62,000 nucleotides of DNA from Felis catus (lineage: Eukaryota), in contig NC_058368.1 of the NCBI RefSeq assembly GCF_018350175.1, positions 13,454,001 to 13,516,000 of the forward strand, given 5' to 3'. The position numbers and the translations under genes are program-made. The notes under the pieces are model-generated. The model saw nothing but the letters and a program-made list of their open reading frames with translations. It ran no database searches and was not told the origin of the DNA. Below, piece after piece: positions 51,431 to 62,000 of the stretch; within the stretch, counting starts at the first letter, position 1, and each line of letters opens with the position of its first letter.

Positions 51431-52123
51431 GTAAATATTCTGGATATACTGTTATCTATCACATCTATATCTAATGCAAATATTTCCCCCAGTCTATTTT
51501 TTGTCCTTTGAATTAATGCTGGTTTCTACTGCGTATTAAAAATAAAAATGTTGTATAGTTAATTTTTTTTGTTTCTTCTTGAATTTCTTATAAAAGACCC
51601 TCTAAAATGAAAGCTGTAGGCAATTCTGAATTTTCTTTAACATTTTTGAAAATTTTGCATCATTTAAGTTATAAATACAAGTGTTAGAGATTCAGAATCT
51701 AAACTAATACCACAAAACATTATCCCTTTTCTCTATGTCAGATGGTTTGGAATCACACTTAAGCACGTATTTAACTCTTCAATTTGCTGAACTGTTTAGA
51801 GCTCCAGGGATACACAACTATTTTATTTTTCAGGAAAGGAAGATGGAAAATAAAAATCTCTGACCTAACACTGTTTACCCTCTTTCTCACAAAGATCAAA
51901 TGACAAGAGTTCATCACAGCGAAATCTCGCTGTATAAAGACTCTTTTCTTGTTTCAGGACTGTGCATGAATATAGAAAGATAAATATATCAATACTCATG
52001 CTCTTTAAGAGATTAAACTATGTGTACTATAATCAATGAGTTAAAGGTAACACTAATATCTAGAGAAAAGAGAAGGAAAAAGCTTGTTTATCACATAAAA
52101 ACAACCATAGTAAAAAGTTTCTT

Positions 52124-52351
52124 TGGGTGCCTGAGTGGCTCAGTCGGTTAAGTGTCTGACTTCAGCTCAGGTCATGATCTCACAGTTTGTGGGTTCAAGT
52201 CTATATCAGGTTCTGTGCTGACAGCTCAAAGCCCGGAGCCTGCATTGAATTCTGTGTCTCCCTCTCTCTGCCCTTCCCCTGCTCATGTTCATGCTCATGC
52301 TCATGCTCTGTCTCTCTCTCAAAAATAAATAAACATTAAAAAATGTTTTTT
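52124..52351 (+). mobile_element. Older felid SINE with internal (GCTCAT)n expansion
   Basis: TSD AAGTTTCTT at 52115-52123 and 52352-52360. Confidence 0.95.
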
Positions 52352-54498
52352 AAGTTTCTTAACACTGGAGTCTGTAGTTATTTACTCTTTCAATTATGTA
52401 CATAAGTTTGATGTGTTGAAGTATTAAAATTAATGCTTCAATATGGATCTGAAAGTTTCATATAAATAGATACTGAATATATAGAACCATATTCCTAACA
52501 ATCGGATTTGTCATTCTGATTTATTTAGTCAAATAATGTATGACTACCAGAAGTTTAGACAGTTTCTATTATCCTATTATCTTAGATTTCACTGACCTAT
52601 TTTCTGACCTTTAACATATACACAGTTTGCTAAAATTTTGGTTGCAGGACTTAGTAAATTTTAGTCTGACCCAATTCTTCAGTATTCATGTAGGCAGAGT
52701 CTAAATCATAATAGATATAGCATGAGATGTAACTCTGGTCAATGTCCTTACTAATAGAGGGGAACAATGGCCTGGATAATGCAATAAAGCATGTAATTCC
52801 TGGCTCTCTCAATTGCCTCGGGTTGAATGGAGATGACAGCTGTCAGAGTGAAATAGGTGAGTGGGTAGGATGTGTGCCAGCCCTGCAGTCACTGCCCTGG
52901 ACCAAATATCATCCTTCTGAATAGCCCTGGACACATCCAAATTTAAATTTTTATGCCATTGTTCTCTTCTATATCATTTTCTTTTCAATCCCATCTTCCA
53001 CACATCCTGCAGAGGACAGAGGTGCCCCTGCTCCTCACCATGATCTCCAGCTGCCTGCTCAAGGAACATCAGAACCACACTGCCACTCAAGGGTGTCTTA
53101 TTAGGGGAATGGCAGAGTCAGCCATGGCCTTTGCCAGCATAAAGAGAGTGAGTGTAAAATTATGGGGAAAGGAGATCACATTTCCTTCCAATCACAGCTT
53201 ACGGGACAAGCTATGAAAGGCACTTACCACCAGAAATGTCATAAACATTCACAAGAGAGTTCTCGCCCTCTTGTAGAGCTCAAGGCTGCTCTTGAGCCAA
53301 CTGCCATTAGTGCTTACTTGGAAACCACGTAAGTATGTCTTTCCAGAGTTAAGCCCTGGGGCCACCTGTATGTGCTTTCTTTCACCTTGTCATGGCTATA
53401 GGACTCGGTCTGCTTTACTCTTCTCTTTGTGACCACACACATACACACACACACAACAAGCAGTGCAAAGGGCTGACATTCCCACAGCTTCCTTCCTCCT
53501 TATGGCCCCAAAGTCAAGCACACAGGCTCTTTCTGTTGTCAGACTTTTAGTCCTGATCACTTCAGAAAAACAATCATTGTGTTACAAAACCTTACAGAAT
53601 GTTTATCTTCTTGGTCTCCAGGCTGTTGATCCTGCTTCCATTCTATTATAAAAGCAGAAAGGCCTGGTCAAACATTTGAGCTTTCTCAGTGCCCCCTCTA
53701 TGTGCTCTCAGGTAAAGCTATTTCTTCTTTCAGGATCCAGGATCTTCCCTTATTTCCTTTAGGCTAAAATAAACACCTCTGACCCACATATAAAACATAC
53801 TTTTGGATATCTCCTCAGATTTTCCCTGAGCTCTAACTGGGCAAGGAGAAAAGGTCACCAGCAGAAATCATAGTGTAATTTTAGAAGTGTTCTTTGACAT
53901 ATACCTCTTTGATACACATTTTAGACAGTTGCATAGTTTGGAGAAATGAGAAAAATAAACTTGGAAAATTCAGGAAGGATCTGGCAATAAATACAGTCTG
54001 AGCGCATTCCCTGTTCTTAATTGGACTCAAGAAACTACCCTGATGGAGTAGAGGAAACCCAAATGGAAACGCCACCTGCTTTGTGGGACCTGTGGTATTG
54101 GGCGACGAGAGTGAGGTTGGGTGGGAGATCAGGCTGTCAAGCACACTAGCGATCTTCAAGTGGGAAGCGGCCTCGAGGGTCCTCCTCCTAAGGAAAGTCC
54201 CCTGTGCACCCAAAGGAGGTGCCACCTCTGAAGGAGGTTGAGTATCAAGAAGGCTGACAGGCTCGGGGGTGGTGTAAGCCACAACCGTATCAGGAAAGGC
54301 TGGTTTGGAATAGGAGCCCTCCATACCACCACCCATCTGCTCAGACCAAGCAGGCATGCCTCTCACCAATTCTGAAGGCAAACCACAGCAGAGCCTGGAA
54401 TCCAGGGGGAGGGTGTCTGTCTCTGGCATATCCTTGCTAAATTCTACCCCCATCTTTCCCTTTGACAATCCTTACTCTAAAGGAAATATGAGAATCTT

Positions 54499-54717
54499 TT
54501 TTGTTTTTTGAGAGAGAGAGAGAGAGGGCACAAGTGAGGGGCAGAGGGAGAAAGAGAAAGAGAGAGACAGACAGAAGGGGGGCTCACCCAAAGTGGGGCT
54601 TGTATTTTACCTGAAGTAGGGCTCGAGATTACCTGATGTGGGACTTGAACTCACAAACCGTAAGGCCGTGACCTGAGCCGAAGTCAGATGCTTAACGACT
54701 GAGCCACCCAAGCACCA
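54499..54717 (-). mobile_element. Felid SINE variant with tandem ~22-bp internal units (SINEC_Fc3-like)
   Basis: TSD AATA(T/C)GAGAATCTT at 54485-54498 and 54720-54733; repeated GGGCT..ACC(C/T)(A/G)AAGT units. Confidence 0.88.
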
Positions 54718-54769
54718 GGAATACGAGAATCTTATTTTAAAAGTTTCGTAGGTCATGCAATAATAAAAG

Positions 54770-54920
54770 TGAAAAATCGCTAACATTTATTGAGTACTTA
54801 TGGGTCAGGTGTTCTTCTAAATATTTTACCAATGTTACCAATGTCACATCATTCTCCAAAAATCCTGAGAGGTGAGTGCTGTTATTATTCCTTTTTACAG
54901 ACAGAATGCTTGGCTCAAGC
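54770..54920 (-). mobile_element. MIR fragment
   Basis: CTAACATTTATTGAGTACTTA..TTATTATTCCTTTTTACAGA. Confidence 0.75.
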
Positions 54921-54949
54921 TGCAGAATTTCCCTTTCTTCCCCAATCAG

Positions 54950-56430
54950 CTGTATTCTTTCATTCAGATAGCAAACGTATATTAAGCATCTACAGGGCAT
55001 AAAGCCACGTTCTAAGCAGTGGAGCAACAGAGATGAAAGACAGTCCCCACCTTCAAGTTGCTAACAGCCTAATGGGGGCTTACTGATAAGAACAAATTTA
55101 AAAATTTTGAATTCAGTATGATAGATGAAAGAGTACACAGACTGCTATGATAGATAAGAGGAGGCTCACCCGCGCAAGATGAGGGTAGGGCCTGCTACTG
55201 GGGGATGTGCGAGGTGGGTCAGGGAAGATTTCCCAGAGAAGGTGATAAAAGCTGAGTTGACTCTTACAGGACAAAGAAGTGCCAAGCATTAGACACACTG
55301 GAAAAATGAGCTGGGGATCGTATCTTGAAAGATAGATATATCACGCTAATACACTGGGTTTTTATCCCAAAATTAATGGGAGACCACAAAGTGATTTTTT
55401 ATTTTAAAATACACACAATATCACATTTACCATTTTAATCACTTTCAGGTTCAATGACTGAGTTCAGTTCAGTGACATTAAGTACATTTCCATTGTTGTA
55501 CAACCATCACAACCATCCGTCTCCAGATCCTTTTACATCCTCCTAAACTGAAACTTTCTAGTCATTAAACAGTCATCCCCCTCCCCCAATCCCATCCTCT
55601 GGCAACCACCATTTGACTTCCTGTTTCTATGAGTTTACCTATCCAGGTACCTCATAGAAGTGGAATCAAACAATATTAGTCCTTTCGGGACTGGCTTATT
55701 TCACTTAGCATAATGTCTTCAAGGGTCAACATATGTCATAGCATGTGCCAGAATTTCATTCCTTTTTAAGTGTGAATAATATTCCATTGTATGTGTATAC
55801 CATGTTTTGTTTATTCATTCACCCACCAAAAGACAGGCTGTTTCCATCTTTCGACTATTGTGAATGAATGCTGCCATGAACACAGGGCTCTCAACGTCTT
55901 TGAGCTCCTGCTTGCACTCCTTTGGGGAGTACACCCAGAAGTGGAATTGCTGGATCAAATGGGAACTACTTGTTTAATTTTTTTGAGGACCCTCCCTATT
56001 GTTCTCCACGGTGGCTGAGGCACTTTACATTCCCACCACCAATGCACCAGGGTTTCAATTTCTCCACATCCTCACCAATACTTGGTATTTTCTGTTTTTT
56101 TTTTTTTTTTTTAATATATATAATAGCCATCCTAATGAATGTGAAGTGCTCTCTCATTGTCGTTTTGATTTGCATTTCCCTAATTATCGTAACAGTAAGC
56201 ATCTTTCCACGTGCTTACTATACAATTTCTTTGGAGACATTTCACTCGTCTTTCACCCATTCAAAATGATTTCAAATCAGAGGACATACGATCTGATCTG
56301 TGTTTCAGAAAGAGACCTCTGGGGCAGAAGGAATCACAGCTCAGAGGGCGAGAGGCTGGAGGTCATCCGGGAATGACATGACTAGGCCAGAACCACACTG
56401 GTGTTTGGCAATATGGTAAGTCGGGGGGAG
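54950..56430 (-). mobile_element. L2 element split by an L1MB insertion
   Basis: TTCATTCA..TATTAAGCATCTAC, GGTCAGGGAAGATTTCCCAGAG; resumes with GATCTGATCTGTGTTTCAGAAAG at ~56290. Confidence 0.7.
55400..56261 (-). mobile_element. L1MB-type 3' end
   Basis: ACATTAAGTACATT..TGTTGTACAACCATCAC, GACTGGCTTATTTCACTTAGCATAATG; TSD CAAA(G/A)TGATTT. Confidence 0.9.
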
Positions 56431-56621
56431 AGAAGGAGAGAAGCTCCTTGCTGGAGCTAGGCTTAAGGCAGTGGTCCTGGGACCTATCTTTGCTCAGGCT
56501 TTACTCCATTCTATGGAGCACCTCGCCAGAGCCTCTCCAGTCTTCCCTTTCTGAATTCTCTAAGGTTTCCTCCCTCTTCCTAACAGATTCCCCATCCATT
56601 TCCCTCCCTCTTTCTCCTTAC

Positions 56622-56763
56622 CTGGTCATGAAGCGGTGTCCCCACCAGCCCACAGTTCTGCAGCTTCGAGGCACGTTTCCCTGCATCACTACCACGTATC
56701 CCTTCAAATCTTTTACTGCTTCTTTTCTTGCTCTGGGGAAATCAACCGCTGATGTACTTCTGC
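56622..56763 (-). other. Candidate 142-nt internal exon of an unidentified (possibly non-coding) transcript
   Basis: Minus-strand acceptor TTTTCTTCTGCCTCGTCCACTTCTCCAG| and donor CAG|GTAAGG; one open frame; product unrecognised. Confidence 0.3.
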
Positions 56764-56908
56764 CTGGAGAAGTGGACGAGGCAGAAGAAAACCAACAGCT
56801 CTGAGGCCACAACAGGAGAAACCCTGGAAATAAGCATTTTTTTTTGACTTCATAAATCTCAATCCCCTCTTCTTGAATGAATCAATATCATTTGTCACCC
56901 TGTATTTT

Positions 56909-57129
56909 TAAAAAAAAATTTTTTTGTCAACGTTTATTTATTTTTGGGACAGAGAGAGACAGAGCATGAACCGGGGAGGGGCAGAGCGAGGGAGACACAG
57001 AATCAGAAACAGGCTCCAGGCTCTGAGCCATCAGCCCAGAGCCCGATGCGGGACTCGAACTCACGGACCGCGAGATTGTGACCTGGCTGAGGTCGGACTC
57101 TTAACCGACTGCCGCCACCCAGGCGCCCC
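56909..57129 (-). mobile_element. Young felid SINE (SINEC_Fc type)
   Basis: TSD TGTC(A/G)CCCTGTATTTT at 56893-56908 and 57130-57145. Confidence 0.97.
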
Positions 57130-58479
57130 TGTCGCCCTGTATTTTAGTTGTTGGCTCGCTTACCTATTTCTTCTCAGGAAATTTTAAACTGAAACATGGT
57201 TATAATAATATTTATATTATCTTATACTTACAAATTACAAAGAATGGTATCAAATCCAATCTTGGCTGATCAGAACCAAAACATATGCTAAAACCATGAG
57301 AAAGAAAAGATTTTGTACTTCTTCCTAACATATGCCTTTTAACTTGCCAGAAAGGAATTTTAGCAGATATTATAATAAATATAATCAAGATATCAAAGCT
57401 GGATAATAAATGGTGAGGAAAATGTAATGGGAAGTGCTCAGGTTTTGTGGTAATTCACACTGAAGAGCAATGTTATAACCCCATTAATGTATCTAAATAT
57501 GGGGAACAGCACTAAATATTGCACTAAAATGACTCTGTGTCACTTTTTAAACACTTTTAGATGATTAATTATTAGGTGGGGGTCAAGAAAATAATAAAAG
57601 AGATATATTTTATTACAAAATTATACATTACCTATGATATGGGTTCTCATAGTGAAATTAGCAAGTCTTTGTCAGCAATTAGGATTTCATAAGAAGCAAA
57701 GCAGAACTGAGACTTTTTTGGCTTTTCATAAAAGTTTTAACTGAGTAGACTTTGTCACTCCCCTTTTCCTCCCGCCTACCTGGCTCCTCCTCCTTCTTTA
57801 GATTGAGATTTCTGCACTATACAGTAATAAAATCCACTGCCAATTTGACTCAGTCAATAAAAGCAGGTTTTGAAAGCAGAGATTTTGTAGACTTGTATTC
57901 AGAAGTTGTTTCCTTATCTCTCATCTCTGGGAAATGATCTAACATCAAAATATGAGGAAACAACCTTTTGAGTAAGAACTGACAAGGTGTTGCGCTGCTG
58001 TTCTGGAAGAAAAATCAACACTACCCTCAGAAAACAGAATGTGTTCTTTCTAGTAAATAAAGTTGCAAGCAGGTAGATGACAGTTTATGGGAAGAAAGAG
58101 TTGTTTCAAACCCTCCAGCAGGATTTTACACCGAACAAATGCCTTAAATAAAAATCACATCTGCGAGCTACAATGCTGCATAATGAACAGGACACAAATT
58201 TTCTTTGTGCAGTTAAATCAATAACAATGGGCAATGCTGAAGTTGCATGTTTTAGCTTTTGGTGCCAAATTCACTGCCTGACCCTCCATTTTAGAGAAAG
58301 CCAAATTGGTTGCTACTTTTAGATAAGAAACATCTATTCAAGGGTTAGTTTGGAGTTAGGGCAGTCGACAGTCCCAAGGACTCTATTTGTGATGGACCAG
58401 TAAGGACCAGAATAGCTAATGGTACGACATTACTTACTGCAATCACTGACTTTGAAAAACAAGAGGCTAAAATCATTAA

Positions 58480-59510
58480 GAAAAAAATAAAAACAACTCA
58501 AATGCAACAACTAAGAAAAGGGGCAAAGGGCACCTGGGTGGCTCAGTCAGTTAAGCGTCCAATTCTTGATTTCGATTCAGGTCATAATCTTCATGGGTTT
58601 GTGGCTTTGAGCTCCGAGTCTGGCTCCTCCATGACAGCATGGAGGCTGCTTGGGATTCTTTGTCTCTGCCCCTCCCTGAACACACACACTCTTTTTCTCT
58701 CTCAAAATAAATAAATAAACTTAAAAAAAATAGGGAAGGGACAGCAATATCGATTCACTACAGAAATGGAAAGATCAATAGCACATGAAAAAATAATATT
58801 CAACCTCCCAAAAGTAAAATAGAGAAATTCTAATATAACAGTATGAGAGCCTATTAAATTAGTAAATATGATAAGAAATAATGATACCCTAGTTTGGCAA
58901 AATTCTTGGGAATATAAATGAGTATAAACTTTCTGAAAACCAATTTGATGTATATATCAAGAGTCCTTAAAAATACATCCACTTAAGGTCCATAATGTCC
59001 CTGCAAGGAAACCAACCCAAAGAATAGAAAATTGGAGAAATATTTACTTACCAATAACATAAACAGCATGGTTTTTAAAAAATGAAAATAACATAAATGT
59101 CCAAAAATAATGGAAAAGTTAAATTAGTTAGTTTGTGTATATTATGGAATATCATTCCACCATTAAAAATTGTGTTAATGAAATGGGGAAATGCTCATGA
59201 CACGATGTTAGATGAGAACAAGGATATAAAAGTATTAATATATCATAACTCTAATTTTGTGATATATATCTCTGTATGTTAAAAACATATATCCATATAC
59301 ATAAAAATAACTTGAATTGATAAAAATTAAAATTTTTATGTTTATGCAGGGATAAAAAATGGAAAAATACATGAAAATTGTAACCAAAGTTGCCTCTGTT
59401 TATGTAGCAATAAGAGAAAGAAAAGAAAATATATTAAAATTGAATCAAAGGTGATTATAATTTTTTTGCACCTTTCTGTGTTTTCCAATTTTCCCATGGG
59501 GAGCAATGTA
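58480..59510 (+). mobile_element. L1ME-type 3' region with a SINE insertion
   Basis: GGGAATATAAATGAGTATAAACTTTCTGAAAAC, AAATGTCCAA, GGGAAATGCTCATGA, TTTCCAATTTTCC. Confidence 0.75.
58527..58730 (+). mobile_element. Older carnivore SINE
   Basis: GGGCACCTGGGTGGCTCAGTCAG head; CAAAATAAATAAATAAACTTAAAA tail. Confidence 0.93.
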
Positions 59511-59999
59511 TGTATTAGGATTTATTTGCCACAGCTCAGCCCAACTAACTTATGAAATAAAGAAAATTTATTGGCTTTCATAATGCAGTGGTTCTGGGAT
59601 AAGCATTGCCTCAAGGGTGGCTAAATACAGGGGCTCAAAGTAGTTTATCAGGATTCTATTTCTCTTTTAAATTATACTTCCTGTGTTGACTCCTTCTGAG
59701 AAAGGCTGTCCCTTGAGGTCCCGGTTCTAGGGGCTGAATATTTTAGGTTCAAGTTCACATGCCCAGCCAAACTCCTAAGATCCATTCTGATCAGTCTGCC
59801 TTAAGTCATGTGCTCAAAATAAACTAATTACATGTGGGAGAATGCTAAGCACTGATTGACGCTGGTCACGTGCTCTGCCCTAGTCTCTCTGGGAGCCCTA
59901 CTCATACCAAGTGGAAAGAAAATTAGGAAGACACAGATTCCCAGAGAAAAATCCAAGCTGCTGTCGGGAAGGGGAGGCAAACAACAAATACTGAATACA
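59511..59999 (-). mobile_element. Old MaLR LTR (MLT1K/L-like)
   Basis: TGTATTAG start, AATTTATTGGCT, CTGATTG..GGTCACGTGCTC, CCCAGAGAAAAATCCA. Confidence 0.65.
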
Positions 60000-62000
60000 A
60001 AGCTGTATTCCTTCTATAAGGGGAAAAATGTGGCTTTAGTTTTTTTCAAACCCTAGTGCTCCTCCTCTTTTCCATGAACCCTGAATCCATTCTCCTTTCT
60101 CACTAGTAACAATTGTCAGTCTGTTAACATTTTCACAGGATAGAAATGTTCAGTTTGCCAATGGCAAATGTATTGCCTATACACTTTATAACTGCAAATG
60201 ATATTTCTCATGAATATTTAGAAAGAGTGATAAGGTAAAACTCATGGTTCCTGTTACAATTCAAAGTAAAATTTTTAGTGACGAATTAAAAACTGGTGTT
60301 GTCAATAATCTCATTCTATGCTTTCTCCTCTGTTACATCAGGCCAATTTATATAAAATTACTCTATTATGTTGCAGTATTGTTTTGCAGCATTATTAGAG
60401 AGACAGAGAAAGATAAGAGAGAAGGAGAAAGACACCCAGGTATTAGCTTTATCTCATCTAATACTTCTCCGCCTTATTTGGTGATGGTAATGTTTGTCAA
60501 TTTGGGAACACAACTTTCACTAGGATGAGTCTTAAAAATCATTTCAAATATATTCTTCTAACTTATTCATTGTTCGTTTTTCAGTATCAATACTTTATGA
60601 AATGTAATGCAGACTTTCCTTTAAGCCTTTCTTCATTTACCTAAGTGAATTTGGTGAGCACAATCTTCCTCTGCCTCGTGAAGATAATTTACCCTTGAAA
60701 ATCATTTGTTAAGTGCATTCTCATAAGCTTAAAACATAATTACCATTAACTCTTAGGAATATGCATTTATACTAAGACAACACCAAAGCCCATAAAAATC
60801 AGCCCAATTACTTCAACAGTCACATTAGTTGAATGACCTAACAAGAACTTTCGCTTCATTAATTACACTAAATTATGGTTGTTCTGTTATTCTCATTAAG
60901 TTCTTGCAGAGCAATCATGTGATATATAAAGATTATTCTTACAAATAAAACATTGGGTATTCAATGTTTATATAATTCAGTCTTCACTACAAAATCATAA
61001 TCATAATCATAACCAAAAAATCACTGAAAATTAGGGCAAACTATTTCATACTCATCAAATAATTTGACATCCTGAAGGCCTGAGATTACCATGGCCATAA
61101 ACTACAAAACACTAAGTCTCTGAGAGAACTTCAATGTATCACATTCCATCAAATGATTTTGAACACAGCCATATGGTGCTTCTGGTCTGGGAAGGTTCAG
61201 CTACCCATGTGATATTCAAACTCCAAATCTGTCCTCGTAAATGCAAAGAAATGCCCTATTAGCCAAAGCGAGGGTACCCGATGAAACTTTGGGGGAAAAA
61301 ATCAAATTCATGTCACTGAACGCTGTGTCACCTAGCCACTCCTCAGTGCAGCTGACAGTCTGAGTTTCAGACTGCTTACAAAATAATCCCACCAAGCAAT
61401 TAGCATTATCAATATCTTTTTAAATAGCGGGTTCTAAAAAAAAATGTTTCATTTACCTAAACTAGTTGAAGATATTTGTTTTCAATTACTCAACTAAGTA
61501 TCTTCGTGTCCCATCCCATGGTTAATCAGTGAAAAACACACAGACAACATATGATCACAATCATTATTCTGTCTGGGGGAATTTGCTGAACTTGATTGTC
61601 TAAGAAGGTGACTGTTTAGCAGCGTCCATAATCATTGCTGCCCCAGGCAGCCACCTTGGACTACAAAGGTGGCAGAAACCAGCCAAGCCTTGGGGAACTT
61701 TTACCTCATCTGTACCTTCCAGTCCTTTCCTTTGCAACTACAAATTAGTTGTCAGCTTTTTGCCCAGCTTTATGACTAAGGATACTATCCTGAGAAAACA
61801 CAGCCCAATGACAAAGAACAGCTCTAAAATCGCAGTAGGACCAACAACACTTGAATCTTTACTGTCTTTGGAAGGAAGCATGTAAAACAGGAAATGAGCT
61901 TTAGCCTTGACATTTGCCTGTCTTGGTAGAAGTTCAACAAAGAGCTGAAAATGAAGTATGCTTTAGACTTTAAAGGTAATGATGAAATGAGAGGGAGGGT

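Noticed and set aside
51958..52047. Possible plus-strand exon (TTTTCTTGTTTCAG| ... AAG|GTAACA)
   Set aside because: Internal ATG frame stops after 5 codons and the donor is weak; splice-like motifs are common
53881..54468. Longest non-L1 ORF (195 aa, minus strand)
   Set aside because: Starts at TTG, no recognisable domain, no convincing splice context; compatible with chance in a GC-richer patch
856..57187. Recurring ORFs with GQRETEHERGRGRERGRHR or WDRERQSMNGGGAERE peptides
   Set aside because: Translations of SINEC copies, not a gene family
60139..60234. Possible plus-strand ATG-containing exon (MFSLPMANVLPIHF...)
   Set aside because: Short pyrimidine tract, mediocre donor AAG|GTAAAA, unrecognised peptide

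Overview
Felid (cat-family) nuclear DNA, judged from its SINEC_Fc-type tRNA-derived SINEs and a feline-type L1. The window is repeat-rich and intergenic or intronic, and I cannot recognise any host protein-coding exon. Almost every ORF in the track is a SINE, L1, ERV or DNA-transposon translation, or a chance ORF. Main contents: about 20 carnivore SINEs (6 young, CpG-rich, with clear TSDs); a 3.8 kb 5'-truncated L1 (30471-34283, minus, perfect 16-bp TSD); an ancient ERVL gag-pro-pol remnant (~4310-7400); a nearly full-length hAT-Blackjack transposase fossil (~15995-18130); and many MaLR/ERVL LTRs, Tigger/Charlie/MER53 MITEs, L1M, L2, L3 and MIR fragments. The most interesting non-repeat signal is at ~41900-42355: a locally CpG-retaining stretch with HNF1/TCF/GATA/FOX-like motifs, TATA, Inr and a strong splice donor, i.e. 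a candidate plus-strand promoter and short first exon. There is also an unexplained ~100-bp dispersed direct repeat and a candidate minus-strand exon. I find no convincing evidence of a novel multi-gene system. Repeat family names come from recalled consensus sequences, not from a database search, and boundaries of old elements are approximate.
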